A DNA stretch of 64,000 nucleotides from Corallochytrium limacisporum Hawaii (GCA_002811645.1 PDIP01000021.1:62001-126000); one strand, 5' to 3'. Shown: positions 1 to 11,398, counted from the first letter of the stretch. Notes: generated by a model from the sequence alone, not told the origin. Numbers and translations: made by a program.

Positions 1-1083
1 AGGGTCAGTACTTTGCTAGCTTCCCATGCAGCACACGCATGAGATATGAGATCACGGGTGTACTGACTCTTAAACGATGCTTTTCTTCGGCTTACTCAAA
101 TATGTTTAGGCAACATCTACGCAAGGTCATTTCACTTACAAAGATTTACCTTGAAAAAGGCTGTTTCTAAAACCTGTCTTCCCGTCACCCATGCAACAAG
201 TACCGCCGTGTTCGGATACCTCATCACCGGCCAGCTTAGGGGGGAATCCCCAATCGTCCATCGATTCGTTCCCTGCGCACTCTCTGTCTCCAAAAATAGA
301 GATAAGGGTCAGCGAGTGCGCGTTCGCCCTTAAGGTGGCCCCTCCACACAACCCAATATATCTCGACCAATGTTTGAGAGGATCATCAGGAAAATTTTGC
401 TTGGTATGGGGATCAGGCAAAACCCCAAGAGCACAATAACTGATCACCCTAACCATACTCTAATGATGTTCCCTACCGGATCTTCCAAACACCTCGAACC
501 CCCCCCTCCCCCCGCTTGGTTCGCTTTTTCACTGCGTTCGGGTTGGGTGGGCGGGAGCGCCTGAGTTTCGTGCCAGTTTTCCAATTCCTTTTTTTATTTC
601 ATTCTTTGATCTTTTGTCGTTGCGCTCTGACCTGGGACGTAATCTTTTAGCTCAATCGTCTCCAGTGTCGCACGGCTGTGAGGCACAACAAACCCACCGC
701 TTCTGTGTTGGCCTGGGACCCCGCCCCCCCCCCGGGGGGGGGCGGGTGATGATTCGAGCTGAAGGTGCAGTTTTTATTTCACAATTTTGCGCTTCGTCGC
801 GCTAGGGTCCGGCCATACCATCTGGAACCTGTGCTGTACTATTTGAGTGGCTACATCATAGGTGGATAACGTGAAGGAAATTTTGATGTCATCCGTGGAC
901 CGTGGCGTGTAATGTCGGGAATTTGATGGTACTCAGATTGGCAAGCTTCATTAGCGGACACAAGTGGGCACGAGTGATATCACCTCATACTCTGGCTGAA
1001 TTCATATCACAAAGGACTTAACACAGTCCTTGAAAAGAAAATTTAGACTAGGATACGACTTTAACAGATCAACAGCGATAACC

Positions 1084-1746
1084 ATGAGCTTCCTGTTTGG
1101 TTCGCGGAAGACCCCGCAGGAAATGCTGCGGCAACACCAGCGGTCGCTGAACAAGACCATGCGTGAGCTGGACCGCGAACGGAACAAGCTGGAACAGCAG
1201 GAGAAAAAGCTGATTGCGGACATCAAGAAATCTGCCAAGGCTGGTCAGATTGATGCAACCAAGATTATGGCTAAAGATCTGGTACGTACCCGCCGCTACT
1301 CACAGAAGATGATGGTTATGAAGACACAGATTCAAGCAGTCAGCCTGAAAATCCAAACACTGCGCAGCAATCAGGCCATGGCAGACGCCATGAAGGGAAC
1401 GGCCAAGGCCATGCGGCGGATGAACAACCAAATGAAGCTGCCTCAGATGACAAAAATCATGCAAGACTTTGAACGCGAAAGTGAAATCATGAACATGAAG
1501 GAGGAGATGATGGGGGAGGCAATGGACTCTGCCATGGAAGATGTCGACGACGAGGAGGAAACCGACGCGATTGTGAACCAGGTCCTGGATGAGCTAGGTT
1601 TGAATCTGGAGCAATCCTTGGCCTCAGCACCACTGGCGGAAGCACAGAAAGAGCCCGCGAGTAAGGAGAAGGCCGCTGTCATCGAGGGTGCAGGAGATAT
1701 GGATGCGGATCTGCAGGCCCGTCTGGACAACCTGAGGAAGGACTGA
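1084..1746 (+). CDS. CHMP2A: ESCRT-III subunit CHMP2A/Vps2 (Snf7 family)
   Basis: MSFLFGSRKTPQEMLRQHQRSL...AKDLVRTRRY...DADLQARLDNLRKD; first ATG at 1084 (ORF track starts at an upstream TTG). Confidence 0.95.
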   Translation: MSFLFGSRKTPQEMLRQHQRSLNKTMRELDRERNKLEQQEKKLIADIKKSAKAGQIDATKIMAKDLVRTRRYSQKMMVMKTQIQAVSLKIQTLRSNQAMADAMKGTAKAMRRMNNQMKLPQMTKIMQDFERESEIMNMKEEMMGEAMDSAMEDVDDEEETDAIVNQVLDELGLNLEQSLASAPLAEAQKEPASKEKAAVIEGAGDMDADLQARLDNLRKD

Positions 1747-1846
1747 TTTGTATCGGCGGTATTTGCGTACGTTCACTCGTGATGCATGCACATGTTTCAA
1801 ATACACAGAAGCCCAAATCTCTAAAATTAAGGTAACTGAGGTTTCT

Positions 1847-3517
1847 TTATCTAGATGCCGAAGCGATATGCACGGCCACATCCTCTTCTGCATCGACAAG
1901 TGCATCTATGCAGTCTCGCATCCGTTCTTCCGCAGAGGCCACGGTCCCTTGCAACATGACAGAAGCCATGCTCAACTCCCTAGTAAGTTCGCTGTGATCC
2001 TTGGCGTCTTCGACTCCTTCCACCTGTAGGCGGTCGAGTAGCTTCTGAATCTCAGCACTTTGCTTGGCAACCAATGACCGTAGCAGCGTGAGCTCGTCCG
2101 TCTGCCAGTTCAGACTGTCGACGGTTTGCAAGGCCTCCTGATCCCAGGGAATCTGTTCTTTACCGACCATCCGTTCCTCGCCAGTCGCAGGTGCTGTCGG
2201 TTCGTCGATCGGCGAAGTCGTGCTACGCAGAATCTGCCGCTGCTGCAGACTCAGTTCGGCCATTGCTTCGTCAATGTCGGCGGTTTCACTGCCAGTTCGA
2301 TGGCGCCCAAGGCGACCCTCGCCCGTGAGCAGGCCCATTAGCGCCATCAGACGGCGTATCCACTCATCACGTTCGTCCTTCGTTGTAGTCTTCAGAAAGT
2401 ACTGGGTCGAATCATTGAAGACACAGAACTCAGCATCGTCGTCTGGGTTAATGTCCAGGAAGCAGCCGTGAAATACATTGATGTTGCCCTTACACCGATC
2501 ATTGACTTCATGTTCGGACATGTAGTAACTCAACAGACCTGTTACGGGGTCCAGAATAAAGTATCGCGGTTGGTAGCCGGACAGATAGTTTGTCCACTTC
2601 AGGATCTTGCCCTCTTTATAGAGATGGTCAGTCAGGTCATCAATAGGGGCCACTTTACCGGACAGAGGGCTGCTGTCCACTCCAGAGCCTCCGCTGATCT
2701 TCTCACTTAAGGGAACGTCATCGACACCGTTTCCGAGACTATGCTTTGTGCGAGTCCAAGGCTGCAGAAATTCACCATAGCGTTCTGTTAGGCTCTCGGC
2801 GTCTCGCTTTAGACAGGTTGCGCCTCGAATTCGCAACCGAGTAAACCCCTGGTGCACTGTCGATTCGATAATTCCGTCTACGCCCTTCATAAGTCGAGCT
2901 TTTACTTGAAAGGATCGTCTTATTATAGTTTTTGGTGGCGGAACATCCCCCGTCGGGTCTACAAACCCAGTGCCGACCGCTTCATATTCAAAGCGTGCCT
3001 TGAGGACTACCGGCGTACTGTTGCTCTCCCCTGCAAACGTTTCGTTCTCGACATCAACGCTCATGAACCGCGCTCTCCGGTCAATGGTGGTGTGATGCAC
3101 AAAATGGAGCACAACCTGTTGCAATCCCAGAGTACGAACCAGCCATCCGGGTACGAAGTCAATGGAAGTCTCCCTCTGCAGGGCTTCATCGCCACTCTTC
3201 TTGGCCAGCAAATTCTCTCTACGCTTGGCAATACCATCTGACCTGGTCTCCATTCGTCTTGTCACGCTCGATACCGCATGATCATTGGAGTGGGATCGAC
3301 TCACTACAGCGATGTCAACAACCTCTGGAAACTGACGGTCCCAGTCTTGCCACCGTTGGTCCATAGCCGCTGCGATCGCCTCGAAGCTATATGGCCAGGT
3401 TTCTTCTTCTGTCTCTACGAAGGATGCATTGCTATTCAGCCGACTTCTTTCAACTTTTTCCTGCCCTGGAATCGCCCGTTTGGCGCCAGTGTCTGGGGAC
3501 TTCTCTCGGGAAGCCAT
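1847..3517 (-). CDS. PRELI/START-like N-terminal region + PH domain + coiled coil, putative lipid-transfer protein
   Basis: PH domain KEGKILKWTNYLSGYQPRYFIL...ERDEWIRRL resembles CERT/FAPP/OSBP-type PH; N-terminal TWPYSFEAIAAAMDQRW...TTIDRRARFM resembles PRELI/MSF1. Confidence 0.7.
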   Translation of the reverse strand: MASREKSPDTGAKRAIPGQEKVERSRLNSNASFVETEEETWPYSFEAIAAAMDQRWQDWDRQFPEVVDIAVVSRSHSNDHAVSSVTRRMETRSDGIAKRRENLLAKKSGDEALQRETSIDFVPGWLVRTLGLQQVVLHFVHHTTIDRRARFMSVDVENETFAGESNSTPVVLKARFEYEAVGTGFVDPTGDVPPPKTIIRRSFQVKARLMKGVDGIIESTVHQGFTRLRIRGATCLKRDAESLTERYGEFLQPWTRTKHSLGNGVDDVPLSEKISGGSGVDSSPLSGKVAPIDDLTDHLYKEGKILKWTNYLSGYQPRYFILDPVTGLLSYYMSEHEVNDRCKGNINVFHGCFLDINPDDDAEFCVFNDSTQYFLKTTTKDERDEWIRRLMALMGLLTGEGRLGRHRTGSETADIDEAMAELSLQQRQILRSTTSPIDEPTAPATGEERMVGKEQIPWDQEALQTVDSLNWQTDELTLLRSLVAKQSAEIQKLLDRLQVEGVEDAKDHSELTRELSMASVMLQGTVASAEERMRDCIDALVDAEEDVAVHIASASR

Positions 3518-3952
3518 TGGTTCTATTTGTATTGGAAACTGCGATCACCTACATAGCAAAATTGTTTTACTCAAATTCAAAGTTCATACTCTGTTACGAC
3601 TCAAGTGGAGCTACCAATAAGCTGGTGAGACCGACAAGTTGGTAAAGGAGTACACCTTGAAAGAGCATTGAAGTACCCCTTCTTTGAGGGCCGTAGCTGC
3701 TTCCACCCACTCCCCGGGTGGGGAGGGGCGGCGGGTGGGTAGCGGGGGGACGGGGGGTTCGGAGAGTAGATCGTGAATTAAACATCCATTGCTGTATACG
3801 CACTGACATCCAATGGAGATGCCACGGTGTCAACACACTATCCATGGATTTCGCTTTATTGAGAGAATCATGTGAAGAACCCTTACTTGCACAGAGTCCT
3901 TTGCCCGTATCGTTTGTTTCGAGATTTCCGTACTGAGATTGGTGGGTCACTC

Positions 3953-4516
3953 TTACTGCGCGTACCGCTTGGTCCATTCTTTCGCTGTCTTGTCGTGCTT
4001 CTCACGATCCTGGATGTATTCATTAGCAATGTGCGGTGTGAGCGGGTCTTGGGGATTTGGTTCACTCATCAGAGCACAGATGGACAGGAGCAGCTTTGAC
4101 ACGGTTAGCGCCGGGCTCCAGTTGTCCTTAAGCAGATCGAGGCAGATGGCACCATTGCTGTTGACATTGCAGTGGTAGATGCGGGTGCGGAAAGTCGCTT
4201 TTGGGGGCTCGAATGGATAGTTATCTCCAAAAACAACGTCAAGGAAGAAGGATCCACCCTCGTAAGGAGTGCCTTCCGGACCTTCAATGATAGCCACCCA
4301 CTCGTTGAGATCATCACCCTTCGGACCAGCCGAGCAATTCGGGGGAGGAGATAGAGAGATCTCTGCCAGTTCTTTAAGCAAGCGCTTGCTGCGAGTGTTG
4401 ACACTGCTGTTTCCTTTCATGCGACGAAGCATGTTCACTGTGGCGCTCTTGCGGGCGCTAGCATCCCCTTCGGACGACATAGTCTTGTTTTCCTTATCAT
4501 TCACGGCGGGAGACAT
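3953..4516 (-). CDS. UBE2E: Ubiquitin-conjugating enzyme E2, UBE2E class
   Basis: [25 protein letters not shown]...[30 protein letters not shown], with N-terminal extension. Confidence 0.92.
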   Translation of the reverse strand: MSPAVNDKENKTMSSEGDASARKSATVNMLRRMKGNSSVNTRSKRLLKELAEISLSPPPNCSAGPKGDDLNEWVAIIEGPEGTPYEGGSFFLDVVFGDNYPFEPPKATFRTRIYHCNVNSNGAICLDLLKDNWSPALTVSKLLLSICALMSEPNPQDPLTPHIANEYIQDREKHDKTAKEWTKRYAQ

Positions 4517-4904
4517 TTTGGAACGATTGTAGATCTAACAAATACACAGTCTTTATCGACTGCTTACCTGCCACCCGTGCTATGTTACTATATAGATAAA
4601 CTGTGCGTTCGTTATCGAAATGAGGTGAAGTCCCCTAGCTCTTCACTATCAAGTTGAGGTTCGCAATTACTGATCACTGACGTACGAATCGTGTTATTCA
4701 AGAGAGTTAAAAACTTGGATGTTGTCATAAATACCACAACTGCCGACGGTTTGGGGCGATAGACCTCCTGCATGTTGCGGCCACTCCGAGTGAGCACAAC
4801 GGCGCTCGAGTGTGGTTCCACTGTCGCGCCTTTGCCTCCGTCGACAACGCGCAGAAACCGGGCGAAAACAGAGCACAAAGGACCAGCGGCAGAAGGAAAA
4901 ATCA

Positions 4905-4916
4905 TTTCGCGCCAAA
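4905..4916. promoter_or_regulatory. E2F-type site TTTCGCGCCAAA
   Basis: Matches the overlapping double E2F consensus (TTTSSCGC on both strands); upstream of UBE2E. Confidence 0.5.
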
Positions 4917-5049
4917 TAACGAAGGCAGGAAACCCCCTCCTCGCTGGGGGAGGCGGAGTCCCTTTCCATAATTACAGAAAAATGATTGGGGTATGGGGAC
5001 TGGTATATTTAATCCGAGATGAATACCATTCATTTGAAACGGGGGTGCT

Positions 5050-7251
5050 TCAAAAGTCGATACGGCGGCCCTTGTTGCCAACCACAGGTTTCAGTGATAC
5101 CTCTTTCGGTGTTTGTTTCTGAGTCCTCCGCGTTCGCCGCGTGGACGTTGTGGTCGTCGTAACTGTTGTTCTGCGTGACTTGTTGACCGTCAGGGGCTGA
5201 GATAGGTCAACGACTTCCATGTTCTGGCCATAATCATCTTCGCCATCGTTTTCCCGATGACGTCGACGTGAGGGTTGCTTGCGTGTAGTGGCCCGCTTCT
5301 TCAATGGCGGCACAGCGGGGTCCACATCATCATCACTGTTGCGTTCTCGTAGCGAACGGGTAGGGCGCGCAGCTGGTGGTGGAACTTGCTCTTCGTCGAC
5401 ATCCGAGGTCACATCAGGATTTTCAGGCGCTACCTCATCGTCACTGTTTGGGATGATGTGAGCATCGATCGACTGAGGCAATGGTCTCTTTCTCTGAATA
5501 TTCTGTTTCTTGGCCGGTGGGGGTGAGATGTTCTCGCGGTCGTCTTCCTGACGTGCTTGATTGTGCCCGGATTCAGCGCTACCCTTCACCAGTTCCTGCG
5601 CCGCGGAGGTCACAGTGGTCTTAATCTCCTCTTCCATACTCAGACCACGCTCCTCAGTTCGCGACAAGAAGTCTTCCGTACAAATTTGGCGCATCTTCAG
5701 GGTGGTAAACTCGATGAGGCGATTAATTGTGTCGCGTGAGTCCTTTTCCACATACTTGCGAATCGCATTCGATACCATAATTGGGTTGAGTGCCTTTGTC
5801 TTCGAGTTCACGACCAGCTCATCGGCGAGTAATTCTTCGATTGAGCGCACTCTAAGGGGTCCAGCTTCAAGGTCCTTATCAACATCATCCACATCCGCTT
5901 GCCCGTTGGGTTTACGGCGGACCTTTGTCAGCTGCCGGCGCATAGTGAAGCGAAGCATGTCTCGTGGATTCGCCACCTCGGAGTGGTAGCGGCCGCCGAA
6001 GCGCTGGACTTGAATGGGCTGGAAGGGTCTGCTGTACTCCACTTTAAGCAGGATCAGCGGCAGATGGAAAGGGATCTCGATTCCTTCTTGAGTCTGCATA
6101 TCACCTTCTTCCCGTTCAACACTGTCGATCATCTCATTGACTACATCCTTTAGGTAGTCTTCGATAGCCTTATTGGACTCCAAGTTCAATCCAACCACAT
6201 CATTGATATAGAGTTCCTTGTAGACAAACGGACGTACAGTTGCCAGTCGCCTTGGACTAAGCTCGTAAATTGGTTTGTCAACATGGCGTGCTCGCTTAAA
6301 GATCTTGAGCATGCCTGCATGCTTCGGTTTGCTTTCAGCTGCAATCAAAGAAGTCGCCACCGTAGATCCTGGCTGCCACACATCAAAGAAACTTGGTCCT
6401 GGACCTTCCTCAACGGTGGATGTGAAAGATTCATGCTCATGACCCCATAGCACAAAGTCGATATCGTCCCATAAGAATTGTGTCGGGATGTAACTGGCCC
6501 ATTTCTCATTCCGCTTTGTCTGTTTGTGGAAGTCAGGGTCATCAGGGTGGACACCGCCACCTCCTTTGTTTTCTCTGTTCTGATGAAAGACGAGAATTTT
6601 AAAGTACTTATCCTTCTCCGGAGGTGCCACCCATTCCACATCACCTTTAACAAACATACCGTAAAGCCGCTCATCTGGCATGGATCCTAGGCCATAGAGT
6701 GCAATGTGCACTCCATTCTTTTCCAGTAAGATCGGCCTCATTACAACTTTTCCGGTCTTCTCCTGTTTGCCGAAGTAATTGATGAGGCCTGCTCTGCTCA
6801 ATACCTCCATACTATCGTAGTCGATACCCGGATCATCGTGATTTCCATGAATGCTAAATACAGGCATCATGATGTTGTGATCACCTGCCATCCAATTCAA
6901 ATCCTTCGAACATGTGACCGCCCGCACATCAAAGCCCAGTGGTGTGGCTAAGAAGATATCGGAGTCACCGAGACACCAACTCTGCATCACACTCATAACA
7001 TTTTGAAACGACTTTGTTGATGGCTTGTGATCATGGAAAAGATCACCGCCAAGCAGAACCATGTCAGCATTCTCATCAACTGCCCGCCGGAGGACCTCCT
7101 CATAGGTCATGATGGCATCGTTTTTCCGCACTGGATCATCCTCTTTGAAACCGATGTGGATGTCCGTGGCGATGAAGATCCGTATCACCTCATCGTCAAT
7201 GGCCACCTGAGCAGTTCGGTGCTCAGGACGTTCGCCCTGTGAGGGACTCAT
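5050..7251 (-). CDS. MRE11: Double-strand break repair nuclease MRE11
   Basis: Phosphoesterase motifs ATDIHIG, GGDLFH, IHGNHDDP, FHQNR, WGHEH, QPGSTVATSL; VANPRDML; disordered basic C-terminus. Confidence 0.95.
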   Translation of the reverse strand: MSPSQGERPEHRTAQVAIDDEVIRIFIATDIHIGFKEDDPVRKNDAIMTYEEVLRRAVDENADMVLLGGDLFHDHKPSTKSFQNVMSVMQSWCLGDSDIFLATPLGFDVRAVTCSKDLNWMAGDHNIMMPVFSIHGNHDDPGIDYDSMEVLSRAGLINYFGKQEKTGKVVMRPILLEKNGVHIALYGLGSMPDERLYGMFVKGDVEWVAPPEKDKYFKILVFHQNRENKGGGGVHPDDPDFHKQTKRNEKWASYIPTQFLWDDIDFVLWGHEHESFTSTVEEGPGPSFFDVWQPGSTVATSLIAAESKPKHAGMLKIFKRARHVDKPIYELSPRRLATVRPFVYKELYINDVVGLNLESNKAIEDYLKDVVNEMIDSVEREEGDMQTQEGIEIPFHLPLILLKVEYSRPFQPIQVQRFGGRYHSEVANPRDMLRFTMRRQLTKVRRKPNGQADVDDVDKDLEAGPLRVRSIEELLADELVVNSKTKALNPIMVSNAIRKYVEKDSRDTINRLIEFTTLKMRQICTEDFLSRTEERGLSMEEEIKTTVTSAAQELVKGSAESGHNQARQEDDRENISPPPAKKQNIQRKRPLPQSIDAHIIPNSDDEVAPENPDVTSDVDEEQVPPPAARPTRSLRERNSDDDVDPAVPPLKKRATTRKQPSRRRHRENDGEDDYGQNMEVVDLSQPLTVNKSRRTTVTTTTTSTRRTRRTQKQTPKEVSLKPVVGNKGRRIDF

Positions 7252-7466
7252 CCTAGTGTTCAGCCAGTCTACAAACCATTCACATTTCCTTGATCCATGA
7301 CCAAATCTTTATATCGCGTATTTGTAGTGCTACAGAACCTTCGGACCCGGGGAGAAATACAAACGGGTTTGGCCTGAGCTCGGAAATAGCCAGTGCCTCT
7401 CCGTTCAGTCCCTCATGAGCTCACTTCAATCTCCCCTTGGGTAAAAGTGAGACCCATCAACAGCCT

Positions 7467-7478
7467 TTTGGCGCGAAA
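7467..7478. promoter_or_regulatory. E2F-type site TTTGGCGCGAAA in the MRE11/Spire-like divergent promoter
   Basis: Reverse complement of the 4905 12-mer; about 215 nt upstream of the MRE11 ATG. Confidence 0.55.
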
Positions 7479-7834
7479 ACGTTGGCTCCCTTGAAATGGG
7501 GGCCCACATTTTCCATCCAATGGGATTTTTTCCTTACCTTCACCGTCCCTACCCTTTCTCCAGAGGCCTTGAGACCCGAGTGGGTTTGCAGAGGCCAATG
7601 GTGCACCGAAGTTGGTCCGCGTCACAGATACGGGCGTGTTTCTCGTGGTTTAGTGACACCAATTCCTACTTATTGGCAGCGTTGGCAGTTGGCTATACGG
7701 ATCTAAAGTATCAAAAGCACGTTCAACAGTTCAAGAAGCACAGTACACCTGGCGGACTAATAGTCATTGATGACAATTTGGTTTGATAGCAAGTGTTCAA
7801 GCAACAATGTGAAGTGACATATACTAGCTCTGTT

Positions 7835-9856
7835 ATGGATATCAGTACCATGCCTTTCACGGACGTTACTGTGCGCTTACCGACGACAAATTCGTCGACA
7901 ACGTCCAAGTTACCAACTCCTTCATCATACGCGCGAGCAAGCCCCGGTGGGAAAGCCGCCGCATCGGGGGAGGAATACTCAGTCTCGGATCTTTTGTCCT
8001 GTCTGAACACTGCTTTGCCAGAGAAAGAAATCTGGTCCTTGGCATGCTCCTGTCTGGAGCACATGAAGACGCAGGCCCTTGAGACCAAGAAAATGCACAT
8101 ATTCCTACCGGAGGCGACCATGCTGCGAAACGACGGTTCGGTGGTTGTGAGGGCACGAAAAGTAGAGGAACACAACGTTCTCTTCTTGGCGCCGGAAATT
8201 TCCAATTGTCCAGAGACAGAGGAGGAACTAGAAGCCTTCAATATTGAAGACTGCACTGACGGAATGATTCTATACTCGCTCGCAATATTGTTGTGGCACG
8301 CAGCAGACTACAACCTTCCGGAGGAGCAGGAGCCTCTCCTCTCGGAGGAATTGGAAGAATTCATCCAAATCATTTCCTCGGAACGGATGGATGACCGATA
8401 CAGCTGTGAGGAAGCGCTGGAGGTGGCACTGGAGAATATGAATGCGTACGGTCAGCATCACCAAGTCATACAGGAACTGTACACAGAAGTGCAGCACGTA
8501 AAGAATGGAATTGGGAAGTTCAAGGGGGACGCTAGGTCACCCCTGATCATGCACACCGCCGGCATTGGGGAAGATTATGAGGCGACAGAGGAAAGTAACA
8601 GAGTCAAGATTTGGAACCAATTGATCATGGAGGCAGTGGAGGCAAGGCCAAGCCTCAAGCGAATTGACCCCATGGACCGACCGGCGGCACTGGCCAGGGA
8701 CCTGACACCGATGGAGAAACTACTCGCAGAGATTCGGATGGCACCCAAGCTTCGCAGAGTATACCACTCGTGCCAGGATATTAGTGACTCTGGAAGGGAA
8801 ATTCTGCATAGCCGCAGAACGGACATTGGTTTTGAGCATGCAATGGCCATGCTGGACAAGATGATTCTGTCCGCAGAGCAGGGCTCCAGTAGTTTAGACA
8901 TTGCTGGAAGACTGGAATCGCCTGTGAGCGTGGATGGGCTTCACACGGCACCTTCCGTCCAGACTAAATTGGGTTCGACCATGAATATGTTGGATGTGAG
9001 AGATGGTTCTGGCGCAGACATGGTTGTAATTGGCAGTGGCAAAGTGGCGAGCAATTATGCAGAGCTCGAGAAAATAAGACAACGGTTACAACAGCTCTAT
9101 CACGCGTACAATCGAACTAAGCGGAAGTTGCGCTTGCAAATTGAGGCGTCCACCAAGCAGCAGGAATTCTACAACAAGCAGTTCAACAATTTCCGAGAGA
9201 AGGCGTCTCAGGTACGCGGCAACTATCGGGATATTATTGATGTTTACAGCGCCAATGAGAAACGTTGGCTGAAAGAGAAGGAGTCCATGGATGCTGAGAT
9301 GAGTGCTCTGAATCTTCGCATTTTTGAGTACAAACGGAACATTGCCGAGCTACACACAGAGAACAAACAGTATGCCAAGCGGAATGCAGAGCTGACGGAA
9401 GACATGAAAATCGCGGAGCAAATTCGCGATCGTACTGTAGCCATGCTCAAGCAGTACCTGTCACGTAGGGAGAACAACCGGCGCTCCTGGATCCAGCAGC
9501 TAAAGACGGTAGATACTGAGATCAGCAATTTGCCGATGTTGGCCGCGCAGCATCCGGATAGCAGATCCAGCTCTATGTCCCGGGAGGCCGAACAGAGTGC
9601 ACTGCTGCGGATGGAAGGTGATCTGAAGGTCTTAGTCCATACTATCCACCAGGAACGGGCGCAGGCAACCGATTTCAAGGAAAGAGTCCGCCAGGCCGTG
9701 GCGCAACAGCAGACTGAATGGGACAGGGCCGTGAGCAACCTGGAACACGAACTCCAGGTCGTCACCAGAGAGCGACAGCAGTACCGAGAACTGTACCGAG
9801 AGGCACTGCGTCGGATCGGCGAGTCGCCTACTCGAACAGTGGAAATGGCATGGTAG
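7835..9856 (+). CDS. Spire-like protein: KIND domain, two WH2-like motifs, long C-terminal coiled coil
   Basis: KIND: SVSDLLSCLNTALPEKEIWSL...ILYSLAILLWHAADYNLPEEQEPLLSEELEEFI; WH2-like: WNQLIMEAVEARPSLKRI and LTPMEKLLAEIRMAPKLRRV; first ATG 7835 (alternative 7850). Confidence 0.75.
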   Translation: MDISTMPFTDVTVRLPTTNSSTTSKLPTPSSYARASPGGKAAASGEEYSVSDLLSCLNTALPEKEIWSLACSCLEHMKTQALETKKMHIFLPEATMLRNDGSVVVRARKVEEHNVLFLAPEISNCPETEEELEAFNIEDCTDGMILYSLAILLWHAADYNLPEEQEPLLSEELEEFIQIISSERMDDRYSCEEALEVALENMNAYGQHHQVIQELYTEVQHVKNGIGKFKGDARSPLIMHTAGIGEDYEATEESNRVKIWNQLIMEAVEARPSLKRIDPMDRPAALARDLTPMEKLLAEIRMAPKLRRVYHSCQDISDSGREILHSRRTDIGFEHAMAMLDKMILSAEQGSSSLDIAGRLESPVSVDGLHTAPSVQTKLGSTMNMLDVRDGSGADMVVIGSGKVASNYAELEKIRQRLQQLYHAYNRTKRKLRLQIEASTKQQEFYNKQFNNFREKASQVRGNYRDIIDVYSANEKRWLKEKESMDAEMSALNLRIFEYKRNIAELHTENKQYAKRNAELTEDMKIAEQIRDRTVAMLKQYLSRRENNRRSWIQQLKTVDTEISNLPMLAAQHPDSRSSSMSREAEQSALLRMEGDLKVLVHTIHQERAQATDFKERVRQAVAQQQTEWDRAVSNLEHELQVVTRERQQYRELYREALRRIGESPTRTVEMAW

Positions 9857-9899
9857 ATACGCTTGTATAGTCGATAAAGGAAATTGTATCCATCAGGAA

Positions 9900-10829
9900 T
9901 CATTTGAGTGTTGCCATAAAGCCAAACCATGGCAACTGATATGTCAGACTGCCGCCGTCTGCAGTTGCTAAAGGCATGAAGGTGTCTTCTATATCTTTCA
10001 GTACCTGCTCTCCAACTTCACTTCCGCGATCCTGGCACAGTTGGTTCCAGGCGCTCCATGTGCGAACCAGCTGGGCAGCTTCGTGCGCTTTGTAGGAGCC
10101 AGGAAGCTGAAAACCAAACCTTTCGATGCGAGTGAACTTATCCTCAGGCGGCATGGGGATGGTAGCATACAGATCATCCAGGAACGATACGACATCGACC
10201 CAGTAAGGCCCCACAATCTCCCGATACAGATGATTGAAGTATTCCGCTGCCTTTGGATTATCGAATCGTGGGTAGGAGTACCCAATAGCACAGAAGATCC
10301 CACTGCCAGGCTTCAAAACTCTGCTCGCTCGTTCGTAGAACTGACTGTGATTGAAGTAATGGAAGGCTTCGGTCACGGTAAGGAAATCCACGGACTGGTG
10401 TTCAAAATCCTCGAGGTCTGCATCTGACTTACAATCGTAAACGATGTTCTGCTTCAGTCGTTGCTCCGTCTCCCGAGCCTTTTCGATCTGTGTCTGTGCA
10501 ATGTCCCAGCCCAAAGTGCGCGAATAAAAGTCCGCAAAAATCCGAGTGGACTGTCCGGTACCACAACCCAGATCAATCGCAAGTTCTTTTCTATGATTGG
10601 GAGTGTTGTCTACATACTGTTTGATCTGGTCCAGACACTGTTCAGGTAGGCATAAGCGGTACTTCTCGTATACATGAGAATGGTCCTTGCCGTGAAAGAG
10701 ATGAGCGTAGCTGTTGCGGTCACCGGCGCTCTGGGACATTTCGGCGACGATCCGTTTCAGACCTTGTCCTCGTCTTCTACTAACTAATGAGACATAGGCG
10801 ACCTGTGCACGCACGGCCCTCATAGTCAT
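9900..10829 (-). CDS. SAM-dependent class I methyltransferase (Tmt1/Crg1-like)
   Basis: AIDLGCGTGQ motif I, SVDFLTVTEAFHYF, RVLKPGSG; Arg-rich first 30 aa may be a transit peptide (alternative start 10739). Confidence 0.85.
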   Translation of the reverse strand: MTMRAVRAQVAYVSLVSRRRGQGLKRIVAEMSQSAGDRNSYAHLFHGKDHSHVYEKYRLCLPEQCLDQIKQYVDNTPNHRKELAIDLGCGTGQSTRIFADFYSRTLGWDIAQTQIEKARETEQRLKQNIVYDCKSDADLEDFEHQSVDFLTVTEAFHYFNHSQFYERASRVLKPGSGIFCAIGYSYPRFDNPKAAEYFNHLYREIVGPYWVDVVSFLDDLYATIPMPPEDKFTRIERFGFQLPGSYKAHEAAQLVRTWSAWNQLCQDRGSEVGEQVLKDIEDTFMPLATADGGSLTYQLPWFGFMATLK

Positions 10830-11398
10830 TCCTCTAGTAATCCTCTCCCTAACAGTTATCGGGCCAGATGGTGCTCTTGTCCATAACTACCCGAACTTTA
10901 CACAGTTTGGGGAATGCACAATCATTTTCATCGCCATCTACATCATGCGTCATTCGAACGCACCCAGGCCGGGTTCCCACCCGGAAGTGTGCCGGTTCTC
11001 CTAAATCCGTTCCTCCCGATCCTTCTTCGCTCCCTTGACACCCGCCGTCTCTTCCTGGACCTATCCAGACTCACCCCTCCTCTCGTATCCCGGTGAAAAT
11101 CGGGGAGGGAACTCGTCTCGTGACACTGATGCGCTTTGAGGTGCTTCACAATGATTTCAATGCGCTGTCCATTCAATGGCTGTACTGCAGCCGGAATCAC
11201 CTGGACTCTGGAAACCTCATGGTATCTTGACATCTACGGGACTGCGCACGACTTTGATTTCACTTATTTAAGATCAAAATATTAATGGCGCTGTTTTGTG
11301 TACTCAGTGCTCTCTTCGTTGAAGGCATCCGGGGCATGTTAATACTATACCATGTAGCAAAGATTACTATACAATAAAATGGCATAGAGATAGACACA

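Noticed and set aside
128-141. 14-bp repeat CATTTCACTTACAA also at 14418-14431, containing a minus-strand GTAAGT
   Set aside because: Several 14-mer repeats are expected by chance in 64 kb; a possible intron running off the window edge cannot be verified
810-830. GGCCATACCA resembling the 5' end of 5S rRNA
   Set aside because: Similarity stops after about 10 nt; no internal boxes or 5S fold
4535-4567. Possible 33-nt 5'-UTR intron (GTAAGC...TTAG) before UBE2E
   Set aside because: No branch-point motif, and much shorter than the two well-supported introns
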